A stretch of DNA of 64,000 nucleotides from a bacterium. GTDB lineage: Bacteria > UBA8248 > JACPRG01 > G963555815. The position numbers were made by a program, and so were the translations under genes. A model generated the notes under the pieces. The model did not search any database and was not told the origin of the DNA. It saw only the letters and a program-made list of their open reading frames with translations. Shown here piece by piece: positions 20,485 through 30,466 of this stretch (positions within the stretch are counted from its first letter, which is position 1; each line of letters starts with the position of its first letter). The DNA is taken from contig CBDHDG010000007.1 in assembly GCA_965261595.1 (NCBI GenBank), positions 1,280,001 through 1,344,000 on the forward strand, read 5' to 3'.

Positions 20485-21669
20485 ATGCCCAGAAGGAGCG
20501 AGCTCAGGATCACCAAACGCACCGTGGATGCACTCACCGTCGATGCCAAGGATGGCGTCTTCTGGGACCGGGACCTGGCGGGCTTCGGGGTGCGGGTCCA
20601 TGCCACGGGCCGCAAGGTCTACGTAGTGCAGTCCCGGGGGCCGGCCGGACCGAAGCGAGTGACCCTCGGACGGCATGGGGACATGTCGACCGAGGAGGCG
20701 AGGAAGCGGGCGGCCGTGGTCATCGACCGCATCAAGCGGGGGGAGGACCCCGTGCCCGCGCCGCCCGAGCCGGAGCTCACGTTGGCCGAACTGTCCGAAC
20801 GGTTCCTGCGCACCCATGTCAAGGTGCATTGCAAGCCGAGCACCGTTGCAACGTACCGGTGCGTGCTCGACAAGCACATTCTTCCCACCCTGGGCGCGAT
20901 GTCAATCAACGAGGTAGGACGAAGGGAGATTTCCGCGCTGCATCACCGGCTTCGTGACACGCCTGCAATGGCCAACCGGACGGTCAAGGTTCTGTCGAGA
21001 ATGTTCTCGTTGGCGGAAGCCTGGGAAAGACTGCCGCCCGGCCGGAACCCGTGCCGGTCGGTGCGCCGCTACAAGGAGAGGTCGTGCGAGCGGTTTCTGA
21101 CGCCGGAGGAGTTCCGGCGGCTGGGCCGTGTGTTGAGGGACGCGGAAACGGACGGCTCGGTGTGGCCGCCGGCGATTGCGGCGCTCCGGCTGCTGCTGCT
21201 GACCGGATGCCGGAAGAGCGAGATCCTGACGTTGCGCTGGGACGACGTGGACCGCACGGCGGGCGAGTTGAGGCTCAGGGACGCCAAGTCGGGTCCGCGC
21301 ATGGCGCCCCTAACCGGGCACGTGCTGAGAGTGCTTAACGGCATTCCCCGTATCGAAGGCACTCCCTGGGTGCTTGTCGGACAAAGGCCGGGGACCGGTC
21401 TGACGAACCTCGACCACTACTGGCAACTCATCCGGGCGCAGGCCGGCTTGGATGACGTCCGGATTCACGACATCCGGCACAGCTATGCATCGAGGGCCCT
21501 GGCGCTGGGCGAGAGCCTGCCCACGATCGGCAAGCTGCTCGGTCACAGTCAAGTATCAACGACAGCACGTTATGCGCACTTGATGCGGGATGCGGAGAAG
21601 GAAGCCGCGACCCGGGTGGGCGACAGCATCGGCGCCCACATCGGGCCGCGGAGCACCGAGGCGGCATGA
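20485..21669 (+). CDS. Tyrosine integrase with N-terminal arm-binding domain (copy 1)
   Basis: WDRDLAGFGVRV...GRKVY; TGCRKSE, DAK, HDIRH, LLGH, TARY. Confidence 0.95.
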   Translation: MPRRSELRITKRTVDALTVDAKDGVFWDRDLAGFGVRVHATGRKVYVVQSRGPAGPKRVTLGRHGDMSTEEARKRAAVVIDRIKRGEDPVPAPPEPELTLAELSERFLRTHVKVHCKPSTVATYRCVLDKHILPTLGAMSINEVGRREISALHHRLRDTPAMANRTVKVLSRMFSLAEAWERLPPGRNPCRSVRRYKERSCERFLTPEEFRRLGRVLRDAETDGSVWPPAIAALRLLLLTGCRKSEILTLRWDDVDRTAGELRLRDAKSGPRMAPLTGHVLRVLNGIPRIEGTPWVLVGQRPGTGLTNLDHYWQLIRAQAGLDDVRIHDIRHSYASRALALGESLPTIGKLLGHSQVSTTARYAHLMRDAEKEAATRVGDSIGAHIGPRSTEAA

Positions 21670-22883
21670 GGCTGGATGACATGGCGAAGCTGGAATACAA
21701 GACGCTCTCGAACCGCACGGTCGAGAAACTGAAGGTAGAAAAAGACACGGTGTTCTGGGATCACGAGCTCACCGGCTTCGGGATGCGGGTCTATCCCGCG
21801 GGCGGCAAGGTCTATGTCGCCCAGGCCCGGGGACCGGGGGGACCGAAGCGGGTCACGGTGGGCCGGCACGGGGTGCTCGGCGCGGAGCAGGCACGTCAGC
21901 GGGCGGCCCTGATCATCGCCCGGGTCAAGGCCGGCGAGGAGCCGGTGCCCGAGCCCATGGCGGTGAAGCTGTCCGGTGGGCCGACAGTGGGCCAGCTTGC
22001 GAGGCGGTTTCTCGAAGAGCACGTGGCGGTGCGCTACAAGCCGAGCACCATGAAGTCGACCCGCACGGTGGTGAATCGTCATATCGTGCCCGCCCTCGGT
22101 CAGCTACCGCTGGAGGCGGTCAGCCGCGCACGGGTCATGGAGCTGCATGACGAACTCTACGAGACCCCTGCGATGGCGAACATGGTGGTCCGCACCCTGT
22201 CGCTGATGTACAGGCTGGCCGAGAGCTGGGGGCTCGTTCCGGAGGGATGCAACCCCTGCCGGCTGGCGGTCAGGTTTCCCGAGCGCAAGCGGGAAAGGTT
22301 TCTGACCGATGGAGAGTTCACCCGCCTGGGAAAGGTACTGGATGAGGTTGAGACCCGGGGCGGCGCGTCGGCATCCGCGGTGATCGCTCTCCGTCTGCTT
22401 ATGCTGACCGGATGCCGGAAGAACGAGATCCTGACCCTTCGGTGGGAGGACGTGACGCTGGATCAGAACGAATTGAGACTGCCCGACGCCAAGACGGGCG
22501 CACGGGTGGTTCCATTGTCGCCCTCGGCGGTGAGGCTTCTTTCCGGTCTGCCGCGAGAACCGGGCAACCCGTGTGTCATTCCCGGGCGGAAGCCGGGCAC
22601 GCATATGAGCAACGTGGATCAGGCCTGGCAGGTCATCCGGGCGAGGGCTGGCCTGGAGGACGTCCGGATCCATGACCTGCGTCACAGCTTTGCGTCCAGG
22701 GCCCTGGCGCTGGGGGAGAGCTTGCCGATGATCGGAAAGCTGTTAGGCCACAGCCAGGTCGAGACCACGGCGCGCTATGCCCATCTGGCGCGGGATTCGG
22801 TGCAGGAGGCCGCAGCCCGTATCGCCGACAGTATCGCGACCGACATTCTGGGCGAAGGCTGGAGGCCGGCTTCCGGTTCATGA
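21666..22883 (+). CDS. Tyrosine integrase with N-terminal arm-binding domain (copy 2); start 21666 or 21681
   Basis: WDHELTGFGMRV; TGCRKNE, DAK, HDLRH, LLGH, TARY. Confidence 0.95.
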   Translation: MRLDDMAKLEYKTLSNRTVEKLKVEKDTVFWDHELTGFGMRVYPAGGKVYVAQARGPGGPKRVTVGRHGVLGAEQARQRAALIIARVKAGEEPVPEPMAVKLSGGPTVGQLARRFLEEHVAVRYKPSTMKSTRTVVNRHIVPALGQLPLEAVSRARVMELHDELYETPAMANMVVRTLSLMYRLAESWGLVPEGCNPCRLAVRFPERKRERFLTDGEFTRLGKVLDEVETRGGASASAVIALRLLMLTGCRKNEILTLRWEDVTLDQNELRLPDAKTGARVVPLSPSAVRLLSGLPREPGNPCVIPGRKPGTHMSNVDQAWQVIRARAGLEDVRIHDLRHSFASRALALGESLPMIGKLLGHSQVETTARYAHLARDSVQEAAARIADSIATDILGEGWRPASGS

Positions 22884-23053
22884 TCTTTGCCACACTTATG
22901 CAGTTCTAGAGAATTTCCACGCTCTCAAATATCGTTTATCTATTTGTTTTTCCATGTTGTTTCCGTGTTCGCTGCAACTCGCCTGATTATGTCCTACTGG
23001 GCTGGGTGATCGTTTCGCAACCGGATTTGATCAATATGCAGGCATGACATGTC
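22879..23053 (+). repeat. Conserved junction sequence, copy 1 (related to 41416-41548)
   Basis: CATGATCTTTGCCACACTTATGCA...ATTTCCACG...TATCTATTTGTT...TCGCAACCGGATTTGATCAATATGCAGGCATGACATGTC. Confidence 0.8.
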
Positions 23054-23067
23054 TGCGCTTGTCGGTT

Positions 23068-23731
23068 ATCGCTCCCGGGACCCTGATTCCGACATCCCCG
23101 CACCGCGGCCCGTCGCACGGCTCCATTCACGCAAAACGATCCGCTCGAGCTCCTCCACGCTCCGAACTCCTCAGACCGTCCTCACGACGGCCCTCGTCCC
23201 GATCGGCTTGGCGTACCCAGTTGCGAATCGCCGAAGCGGAGCACTCAAATTCGCGAGCCAGCTCCCCGGGCGTGCGCCCCGCGCGGACCCGCTCGACCAT
23301 CTGGCGCCGTTACGCCGGCGCGTAAGGGGAATGAGTCTTTGTCATCTGAACACGTCCTGCGCACAGTACGAAAGTGTCCACCGAAATGGGTCAAGTCCAA
23401 TCGCTCCCGGGATCCTGATTCCGACATCCCCGCACCGCGGCCCGTCGTACGGCTCCATTCACGCAAAACGATCCGCCCGAGCTCCTCCACGCTCCGAACT
23501 CCTTAGACCGTCCTCACGACGGCCTTCGTCCCGATCCGCGTGACGCACCCAGTTGCGAATCGCCGAAGCGGAACACTCGAACTCCCGGGCCAGCTCCCCG
23601 GGCGTACGGCCCGAGCGAACCAGCTCAACCATCTGGCGCCGGTATTCCGGCGCGTAGGGTGAATGAGTTTTCGGCATCTGAACACCTCCTCCGTACAGTC
23701 TGAAGGTGTCCACAAAAACGGGTCAATTCCA
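23068..23731 (-). repeat. Tandem 2 x 332-bp unit, each an IS3 left end/orfA fragment plus ~90 bp of non-IS sequence
   Basis: Units start ATCGCTCCCGGGA at 23068 and 23400. The IS part matches the left end of the IS at 42579. Confidence 0.85.
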
Positions 23732-23754
23732 TTCACTAGATTTCATATCTGACT

Positions 23755-24094
23755 CTCAACGACATCGAGCATCGCAGGACGAAGGTGGCCAGCCTCAGAG
23801 GAACGGGTTCGTGGAGCGGCTGCACAGAACCCTGCTCGACGAGCACTTCTGGATCATGGGAAGGAAGAAGTTCTACGAAAGCATCGGAGAGATGCAGAAC
23901 GACTTGACGCCTAACTGATCACCTAAAACACCGAACGCCCCATCAGGGCCACGGTATGCAGTGAAGGACACCCACCGAGGTCTTCGTCCGCTGCCTGCCA
24001 AAATCCAAGAGATCGAAGGAGGAAAATGGAAAAAAACGCCTGAACTGATCGCGAACAGGAACTGCAACTGTCACGCAAATACCCTATCTGTACA
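23755..24094 (+). mobile_element. IS481-family 3' remnant
   Basis: PQRNGFVERLHRTLLDEHF...KFYESI; ends ...ATCTGTACA. Confidence 0.75.
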
Positions 24095-24161
24095 CCCTAG
24101 TTAACAAGATCCCCAGTACAACCGGATCGACTTGGTCCACATTCCAACAACAAACACCCTG

Positions 24162-26921
24162 CTAATTCTTCTTCTGTTTTCGCTTTTTGGTTTGCCTTCG
24201 ACGCTTCCGGAGATGTTTTGGATCCTGTAGATTCCGCAGCCTCGCCTCTAACTGTTCTTGCACCCGTTTCTCTCGTGTTCTCCATGCTTTCTCTTTCTCC
24301 GACTCCAGCTTCTTTACCTGCTCTTCCGCTTCACCGGCACGGCGCATGGCCAAAGCTTCCCGTCGCTCCGACTGCCTCGCCCGATGCCACCCCATCTGCG
24401 CAGAAAAGAACGGTTTATCAAGATCCGGAGTTTGTTCAAAGATCTCATCTACATTCCTGGCAAAAGTATCCTCTAGATCCGCAACATAGTTATTCCGCTC
24501 CATTTGGAACGACGTCTTGGCCGCGTTAATACTAGGACCAAAGAAATGTTCATAACGTTTTTTGTCAATAAAGGAGATTCCAGCATAAAAGTATTCATGA
24601 AGCATACACTGTTGCAACAAGTCAGCGCTAATCTGCTTAGGCGACAAAGCAGACAGATATCTGTATATCGCCTCAGGAGACCAAGTCGTGACGGTCTGTT
24701 CCTGCGACACTCGCTCAATGATACGGCTTTGTGAAATAAAGTAAAATTGCTCGGCATTCTCAAGACCATCCACGGAATACTTTCTGGACCTTAAGTTACG
24801 TAAGAGGACCAATATCTCAGCTTCAGACTCGACTTGAAGTGGGGAGCGATATGTTCCACTTTTCTCCCGTGCCTTCTGAACCTCCGTTTTATAATATTCA
24901 ATATCTCCCAAATCAGCCTGATCAAAGCCAGTAAGTTCTGAAATCCTGACTACCTGCACACCTTTTTTGGTAATGTTATCTTCGAAAGCAACCCGATCGA
25001 TATCTCCCGAAGGAAAGAGCAACTTAACATAGTCACTAAATGTACCAATGTCCCCGTCTGCACTAAGCCTTATATATCCGTCCAAAAATAGATTCTGCTT
25101 GTAGCTTCCTCTCACCGTAGCGGCGCGCAAGAAGTCGAGAGAATCGGTGGGATATCTCTCTACGAAACGTAAAGCCCATTTAAAGTGGTCCCAAGCCTCT
25201 CGAAGTAAGTTCGATGTTGTACAGAGTAACGCCTCTTCATGAGCAAAGGAGCTAAAGAGGTCAACAGCATAGTCGTGATTGTGGCACGCCGTAGCGACAA
25301 GAGGAAGTATTATGCTAGAGTCACAGAGCCACAGTGTCTTCCGAAATATATCTCTTCTCACCTCTCCGCACTTTGGGTCTAGTCCAAGTAGATGATAAAG
25401 GAAGTAGCCCTGAGAAACGGATGCAAGATAATTCCTTTGCGGTGGATTTGGTTCAACAATAAACTGATATACCGCTTCAACAAATGCGGATTGAAGCCTC
25501 AGGTCCTCGATTTTGACGGCTTTGTCCGAGACGTATCCAAACACGTCCGATAGCTCGTCTGGACGTGCCGTTTGCCCCGAATAAATGTTGTTGGCGATCA
25601 CCAACCCACGTTTGGAGAAGTTCTCTACTAAAACCTCTTCCGCGAATCTCTGACACTCAGCGATCTGCGATTCGTCTACCTCCTTATAAAAACCTTTTAG
25701 TGTAAGCTGGAACTGGCCGTAGGCTTGATCCTTCTCCGACTCTCTGATCGCATGATATTCCTGAACCTTCTCACGTCCGGCCTCGGTAATATGGATTTGA
25801 TCCGCAGTGGCCTTCAGCAAACCCTGGGCCCGGAGACTTTTTATTGTCTCTTCGATCGCCTCACCATATTGCGTCGGTGGTTCCGTGATATTTTCCAATA
25901 CAAAAGAGGACGATATCGCGTCTAAAGCCAACCGGCCCGAATCAACCGCGTTCAACTGCGACAATATTAACGGTGAGAGGTAGTCTCCAGGCTGGACACC
26001 TTGTAGTCGTCTATAAAGAGAAAGTGCAATAGCAGCCTCGACTTCCTTGTCCGATGTTACCTTTCTTGCGCGACTCTCTACTCGACGATCTCTGGACACA
26101 ATAAAGTGGTCCATCGTCCTTAACATTTGAATTAGTTTTGAGTGACGTCCATCAGAGTTAGAATATTGGACGAGTACAATGTTGTACTGCTCTAATAGTT
26201 CCTTCTCATCTGCTTCTGTGAAATCTGCAGCGATCAGATAAATTGGGTGGCAAGGATCGCCAGAACGTTTTGCCATATTCAATATTGTATCAATGTCAGG
26301 ATCAGACAAACTGTGGCCTACTATGAGTACATCGAACATGGCGAATATACTGCAAAGTCGATCGCGAAAATACCCTGCCGAACCGTCCGTCTGAAGTCGT
26401 TTGTAATCGGCTGAGGTAAGGATAACCTCTTCTGGATGGTCCAAGTCGGAATGAAGCTTCTGGATTATGTGGCTGACTCCATCTCGCCATAAGATGAAAT
26501 CCTGAGGACGATTCCTAATAACCTCGAAATGTTCATTTAAATTGGAGAGATATTCATTGATCTCGTTATCGTAATTAGTGGTAAGATAACATGCGAAAGG
26601 CCACTTGCTGAGTAGATCGTAAAGATAGCCGTGTGTCTTATTCGGAGGAATTAGCAGCGGTTTGAGGAAAGTTATAAGGGCGTTACGGTCGTCTCCAAGA
26701 TCACGCTCCACTTGACGAAAGAACTGGGGATACTCTTTTTTGTGGAGGTATTTCTCGTATGACTGGAAGTCGGAGACGATATCTAGCGCTGTAAGATTCT
26801 CATATGCTAGTTTGGCCAAATTGCCCCATGATGGATAACCTACCTCGCACGATGGGCCAGATCCAACAAGGACTAGGCATCTTCCGTTATTGATTTTCCG
26901 TATGAGCTGCTTATCAAACAT
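24162..26921 (-). CDS. SIR2-like domain protein with central winged helix and degenerate PIN-like domain
   Basis: VLVGSGPS..GYPSW, TTNYD, KLHS, VGHSLSDPDI; AT-richer than the flanks. Confidence 0.85.
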   Translation of the reverse strand: MFDKQLIRKINNGRCLVLVGSGPSCEVGYPSWGNLAKLAYENLTALDIVSDFQSYEKYLHKKEYPQFFRQVERDLGDDRNALITFLKPLLIPPNKTHGYLYDLLSKWPFACYLTTNYDNEINEYLSNLNEHFEVIRNRPQDFILWRDGVSHIIQKLHSDLDHPEEVILTSADYKRLQTDGSAGYFRDRLCSIFAMFDVLIVGHSLSDPDIDTILNMAKRSGDPCHPIYLIAADFTEADEKELLEQYNIVLVQYSNSDGRHSKLIQMLRTMDHFIVSRDRRVESRARKVTSDKEVEAAIALSLYRRLQGVQPGDYLSPLILSQLNAVDSGRLALDAISSSFVLENITEPPTQYGEAIEETIKSLRAQGLLKATADQIHITEAGREKVQEYHAIRESEKDQAYGQFQLTLKGFYKEVDESQIAECQRFAEEVLVENFSKRGLVIANNIYSGQTARPDELSDVFGYVSDKAVKIEDLRLQSAFVEAVYQFIVEPNPPQRNYLASVSQGYFLYHLLGLDPKCGEVRRDIFRKTLWLCDSSIILPLVATACHNHDYAVDLFSSFAHEEALLCTTSNLLREAWDHFKWALRFVERYPTDSLDFLRAATVRGSYKQNLFLDGYIRLSADGDIGTFSDYVKLLFPSGDIDRVAFEDNITKKGVQVVRISELTGFDQADLGDIEYYKTEVQKAREKSGTYRSPLQVESEAEILVLLRNLRSRKYSVDGLENAEQFYFISQSRIIERVSQEQTVTTWSPEAIYRYLSALSPKQISADLLQQCMLHEYFYAGISFIDKKRYEHFFGPSINAAKTSFQMERNNYVADLEDTFARNVDEIFEQTPDLDKPFFSAQMGWHRARQSERREALAMRRAGEAEEQVKKLESEKEKAWRTREKRVQEQLEARLRNLQDPKHLRKRRRQTKKRKQKKN

Positions 26922-26929
26922 TGCTCACC

Positions 26930-28187
26930 TGACTTGCCCCCACCAACGAGACCACCTGCTACGTTAGACTTGGGATCCTTTGAAGTCCACTCCGGGGGAC
27001 CGGCGCCAGGGCTTGGGATCTTGGGAATCTGGCCTTTGGCGCAGGCGGCCGGTAGGCCAAGACGCTGTGAGGCCGTCGCTGGTTGTACGCCCGCCTCCAC
27101 CTCTCCACCAGCACCTGGGCCTCTTTCAGAGTCTCGAAGCTCTCCACGCCCAGGAGCTCATCCCTCAGCTTCCCATTGAAACTCTCCACATTTCCATTCT
27201 CCCAGGGGCTGCCCGGCTCAATGGACAACGTCCTCACGCCAACCGCCTTGAGCCAGTCCCTGACCACCCTGGCCGTGAACTCCGATCCGTTATCTGACCG
27301 GAGGTATTCAGGGACGCCCCGGCCCACAAACAGCTCTGCCAACCGCTCCAGCACATCCTGGTGATTCATCTTCCTTTGGACATCAATGGATAAGCATTCA
27401 AAGGCTGTACTCATCCAAAATGGTCAGCAGCCGGAAAGCCCTCCCTGCTTGGGTGCGCTCATGCATGAAGTCATAGCTCCAGACATGGTTCCGATGAGTC
27501 GGTCTCAGGCGCACGCAGGACCCGTCATGGAGCCACAGTCTCCTTCGTTTCGGCTGTCTGGACGGGACCTTCAGCCCCTCCTGTCTCCAGAGCCTTTCCA
27601 CTCCCTTGGGGTTCACCTTCCACCCCTCTAAAGCAAAGCATCGACGTAATCCTCCGGTAGCCGTACGCGCTGGCCAACTCCACCATCCAGATCACCAGTT
27701 GTGCCTCTTCCTTGGGAATCTGTCGGACTCTTCGTTGGGTCGACCTAGCCTGTCCCAGCACTCGGCAGGCCCGACGCTCACAGACTCGCTCAGGTCCGAA
27801 TCGCTCTCTAACCCATACCAGGACTCGTCTCCTTTTCGCCGGGCCTGGAAGTTTCCCAAGGAGACTTCCCTCAGAATATGATTGTCCAGCGACAGGTCCG
27901 CCACCAGCTTCTTCAGCCGGGCATTCTCCTTCTCCAGGGACTTCAGACGCTTGGCCTGGTCCATCCTCAGACCCCCGTACGCCTTCCTCCACCGGTAGTC
28001 TGCTCGGTCACCCCGATCTGCTTACACACCTGGCCTACCGTCCTCCCTTGGAACTGGGGCACCTCCGCCTCGCGCAGCTTGATGACGAGCTGTTCCGCTG
28101 TAAACCGCTTCCTGGCCAGCCTTCCCCTCCTTCTCGATTCCAGGAATACTCTTTTATAAACTGGACTCGCTTGAAGGGGGCAGGTCA
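26930..28187 (-). mobile_element. Degenerate IS3-family element (multiple frameshifts, no TSD)
   Basis: Ends TGACTTGCCCCC and GGGGGCAGGTCA; fragments DQAKRLK, HVWSYDF, RSDNGSEF, PGSPWENG. Confidence 0.88.
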
Positions 28188-28311
28188 TCGATTTCTCAAG
28201 TCTCTGTTTTGCGATCTTCCATGTGTCGTAGAGGGGACTTATCGCTGCCAGGTCGATACCCCTGTCTTCGTCCGAGAGAGGCTCAATCTGCTTCCAATTG
28301 TAATCTGGCAT
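28188..28311 (-). pseudogene. N-terminal 41 codons of a probable Fic-family gene, cut by IS3
   Basis: MPDYNWKQIEPLSDEDRGIDLAAISPLYDTWK with GAGGTGA RBS. The Fic call is recalled similarity only; the Fic motif is not present. Confidence 0.45.
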
Positions 28312-28492
28312 TGTTCACCTCACGAACACTAGAGTCTGTCGAAATCTTATGGTGGAACACGATATCATGTGATCCGCCTAGCGGCGGCGGGATGCTACTT
28401 GCCTTCTCATTTAATGCCATATAGCTCACAGTGACCGGAATGATCAATCAGTCCGGACGATCTGGTGAACCCCTACATATCCTTATGTTTAT

Positions 28493-30161
28493 CCGGAATT
28501 TCCCATATCAACTTGCTTGGGTGGTTTCCGGTCCCCTTTCCCGATGAAAACCAGTTGATCCCCTTCCGATGGGTTTGTCAAGAGCCTTCCAACCCTCCGC
28601 AACAAGGTGCTGACGGCCATCGACTGCCCCAAAAGGCGGACCCTCGCCCTTCGGTCCCCTTTGTTCGCGGTTCAACCCGTTAACCAATCACCTCATGCTG
28701 CCGGGAACCCTCTGTACAAGGTTAGACCGGCACCGGCCGTAATCGGTTGATTCGGTCCAGGATGATGGCGAACTCTTCCCTGGACACCGCTACTTCGGCC
28801 AATTGAAAGATGATCTACCGGGCGTGCCGCACAATCCTCCCGCCCATTTTGATGAGCTTGACCTGGAGGCTTCGCAGCGACCAGTGCTTGAGCCCCCTGG
28901 GCAAGGCTAGCCTGCGCAGGAAATTGCCCAGGTTGTACGCCAGGACGAAGAGAAGGAGCCGCACCTGGTTGCACACGAACCGGTGACAGGAAAGGCGTGT
29001 CCAGTTCAGGGCGTACTTGCCTTCCTTGATCCATTGCTCGGCTGTGCCTCGCTGGTTGTAGAAGTGCACGACCCCCTCGGGTCGAGCCGTCAGGTTCGTG
29101 ACAATGAATCCGACGCGAGGGAAGAGTTCGCCTGAGTGCCATTCCACCTTCGCCACGACCCGCCGGGAACGGTCCCAGCTTCCAGCCTGATACCGGAAGT
29201 CGTAATAGAAGATGATGGGTCTCTTGGGCGGGCGACCGACCGGGCGGGTGAGGAGGAAGTCGATCTCTCGCTGCACCACGTCGTTGGCGGGAAGGCGGAT
29301 GGCGTAAAGGAAGCTGTGCGCTTCCAGGCACTCATAGACCTCCGGGCGCGCAAAGGCGGCATCGGCTCGGAAGTAACGGCGAACACCCGCCCGCTCATAC
29401 CGGGCCGCGATGGGCGAAAGCAACTCGCGCCAGCCATCGGCGCTGTGCACGTTGCCGGGGCGCAACATCGCCCCTTCGCAGTCCCCAAACTGGTTAAAGC
29501 AAAAAAGAGGGTGATAACAGGTGCAACGAAAGTGGCCGTTGTAGGCCGTACCTTCCTGCTCCCCATGGACGGGGCTTTCCGAGCTGTCCATGTCCAGGAT
29601 GATTCGCTGATGGGGTGAGTGTGCCATGGCCCGGTCCACCCACTCCCGGTTTAGCTCGCTCAACCCCTTGAGATTCTCCTCCCTGGTGAGAACCTCGGTC
29701 TCGAACCGGCTCAGGGTGTTGGCGCCCGCCGCCTGCTTCTCAAGCGCTCGGCGGTCAACTACGGCTTGCATAGCAGGGTCCTGGGCCAACCGCGCTCGGC
29801 ATCGTTGGTGTCTTCATACCCTGCCAAGCGGCTATAGACCGACTGGCGCAATAGCGGCGCCAACTCATGCTGGATGTTCCGGCCATGACGGATCTCTTGC
29901 AATTGCACTGGCGCTCTCACCGTCAAACCCAGCGCATCATCCAGCTCCCGGCAGGCCAGCAATCCCGCATCCGAAGTGATTCTGGTTCCGTGAAACTCAA
30001 GCCTGAGCCGACGGTCAAAACGGATCTTCAAAGCCCCCTTCTTCGCTTCACCCATTGGGTCCCCTCGCAAGATGATGGCAGGGGGAGGCCAACACCTTGA
30101 TCTTACACGAGAAAACGGCATTCGGTCCGACAAAACTTATGATCCATATGGGAAATGCGGG
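28493..30161 (-). mobile_element. IS1380-family element; transposase pseudogene 28722..30055 (frameshift ~29790, stop 28815)
   Basis: IRs CCGGAATTTCCCATAT and ATATGGGAAATGCGGG; ITSDAGLL, LDMDSS, RADAAF, YNQRGTAEQWIKE. Confidence 0.9.
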
Positions 30162-30455
30162 TCTAAATGGCTGCTGGTAGTAATCGCGAGCCACGTAGCA
30201 TTGGCACTTAGCCTTTACCGAGGAATGAAGATTTCCGAGAATATGAAAGCCTTTCGCCATGGTGAGTCAGAATTTTATGACATCTATCGCCGCTTACTTG
30301 ATCGTCCCCATCTCTTTGGAGCCGGCGAGGATGAACAGCTAGACATGTACTTCTCGGAAGTTGAACGAATTAGAAGACTTGTTCGCAGCGCTGAAACGGA
30401 GAGTTTTCCAGATGTGGAAAGTATTAGTCGACAAACTAACATTAATGCTCGATAG
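30162..30455 (+). pseudogene. 3' remnant of a small membrane protein whose 5' end was lost at the IS1380
   Basis: Hydrophobic WLLVVIASHVALALSLY followed by a charged helical tail; AT-rich. Confidence 0.45.
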
Positions 30456-30466
30456 CCATCGGTCGT

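Noticed and set aside
23068..23731. CRISPR array or integron cassettes
   Set aside because: Two long IS-derived units with no short repeat-spacer periodicity, no attC-like pattern and no cas or intI gene in the window.
24162..26921. Thoeris, SIR2-HerA or SIR2-pAgo
   Set aside because: No TIR, HerA or Argonaute partner, and no SLOG/macro or Walker A motif recognised in the protein.
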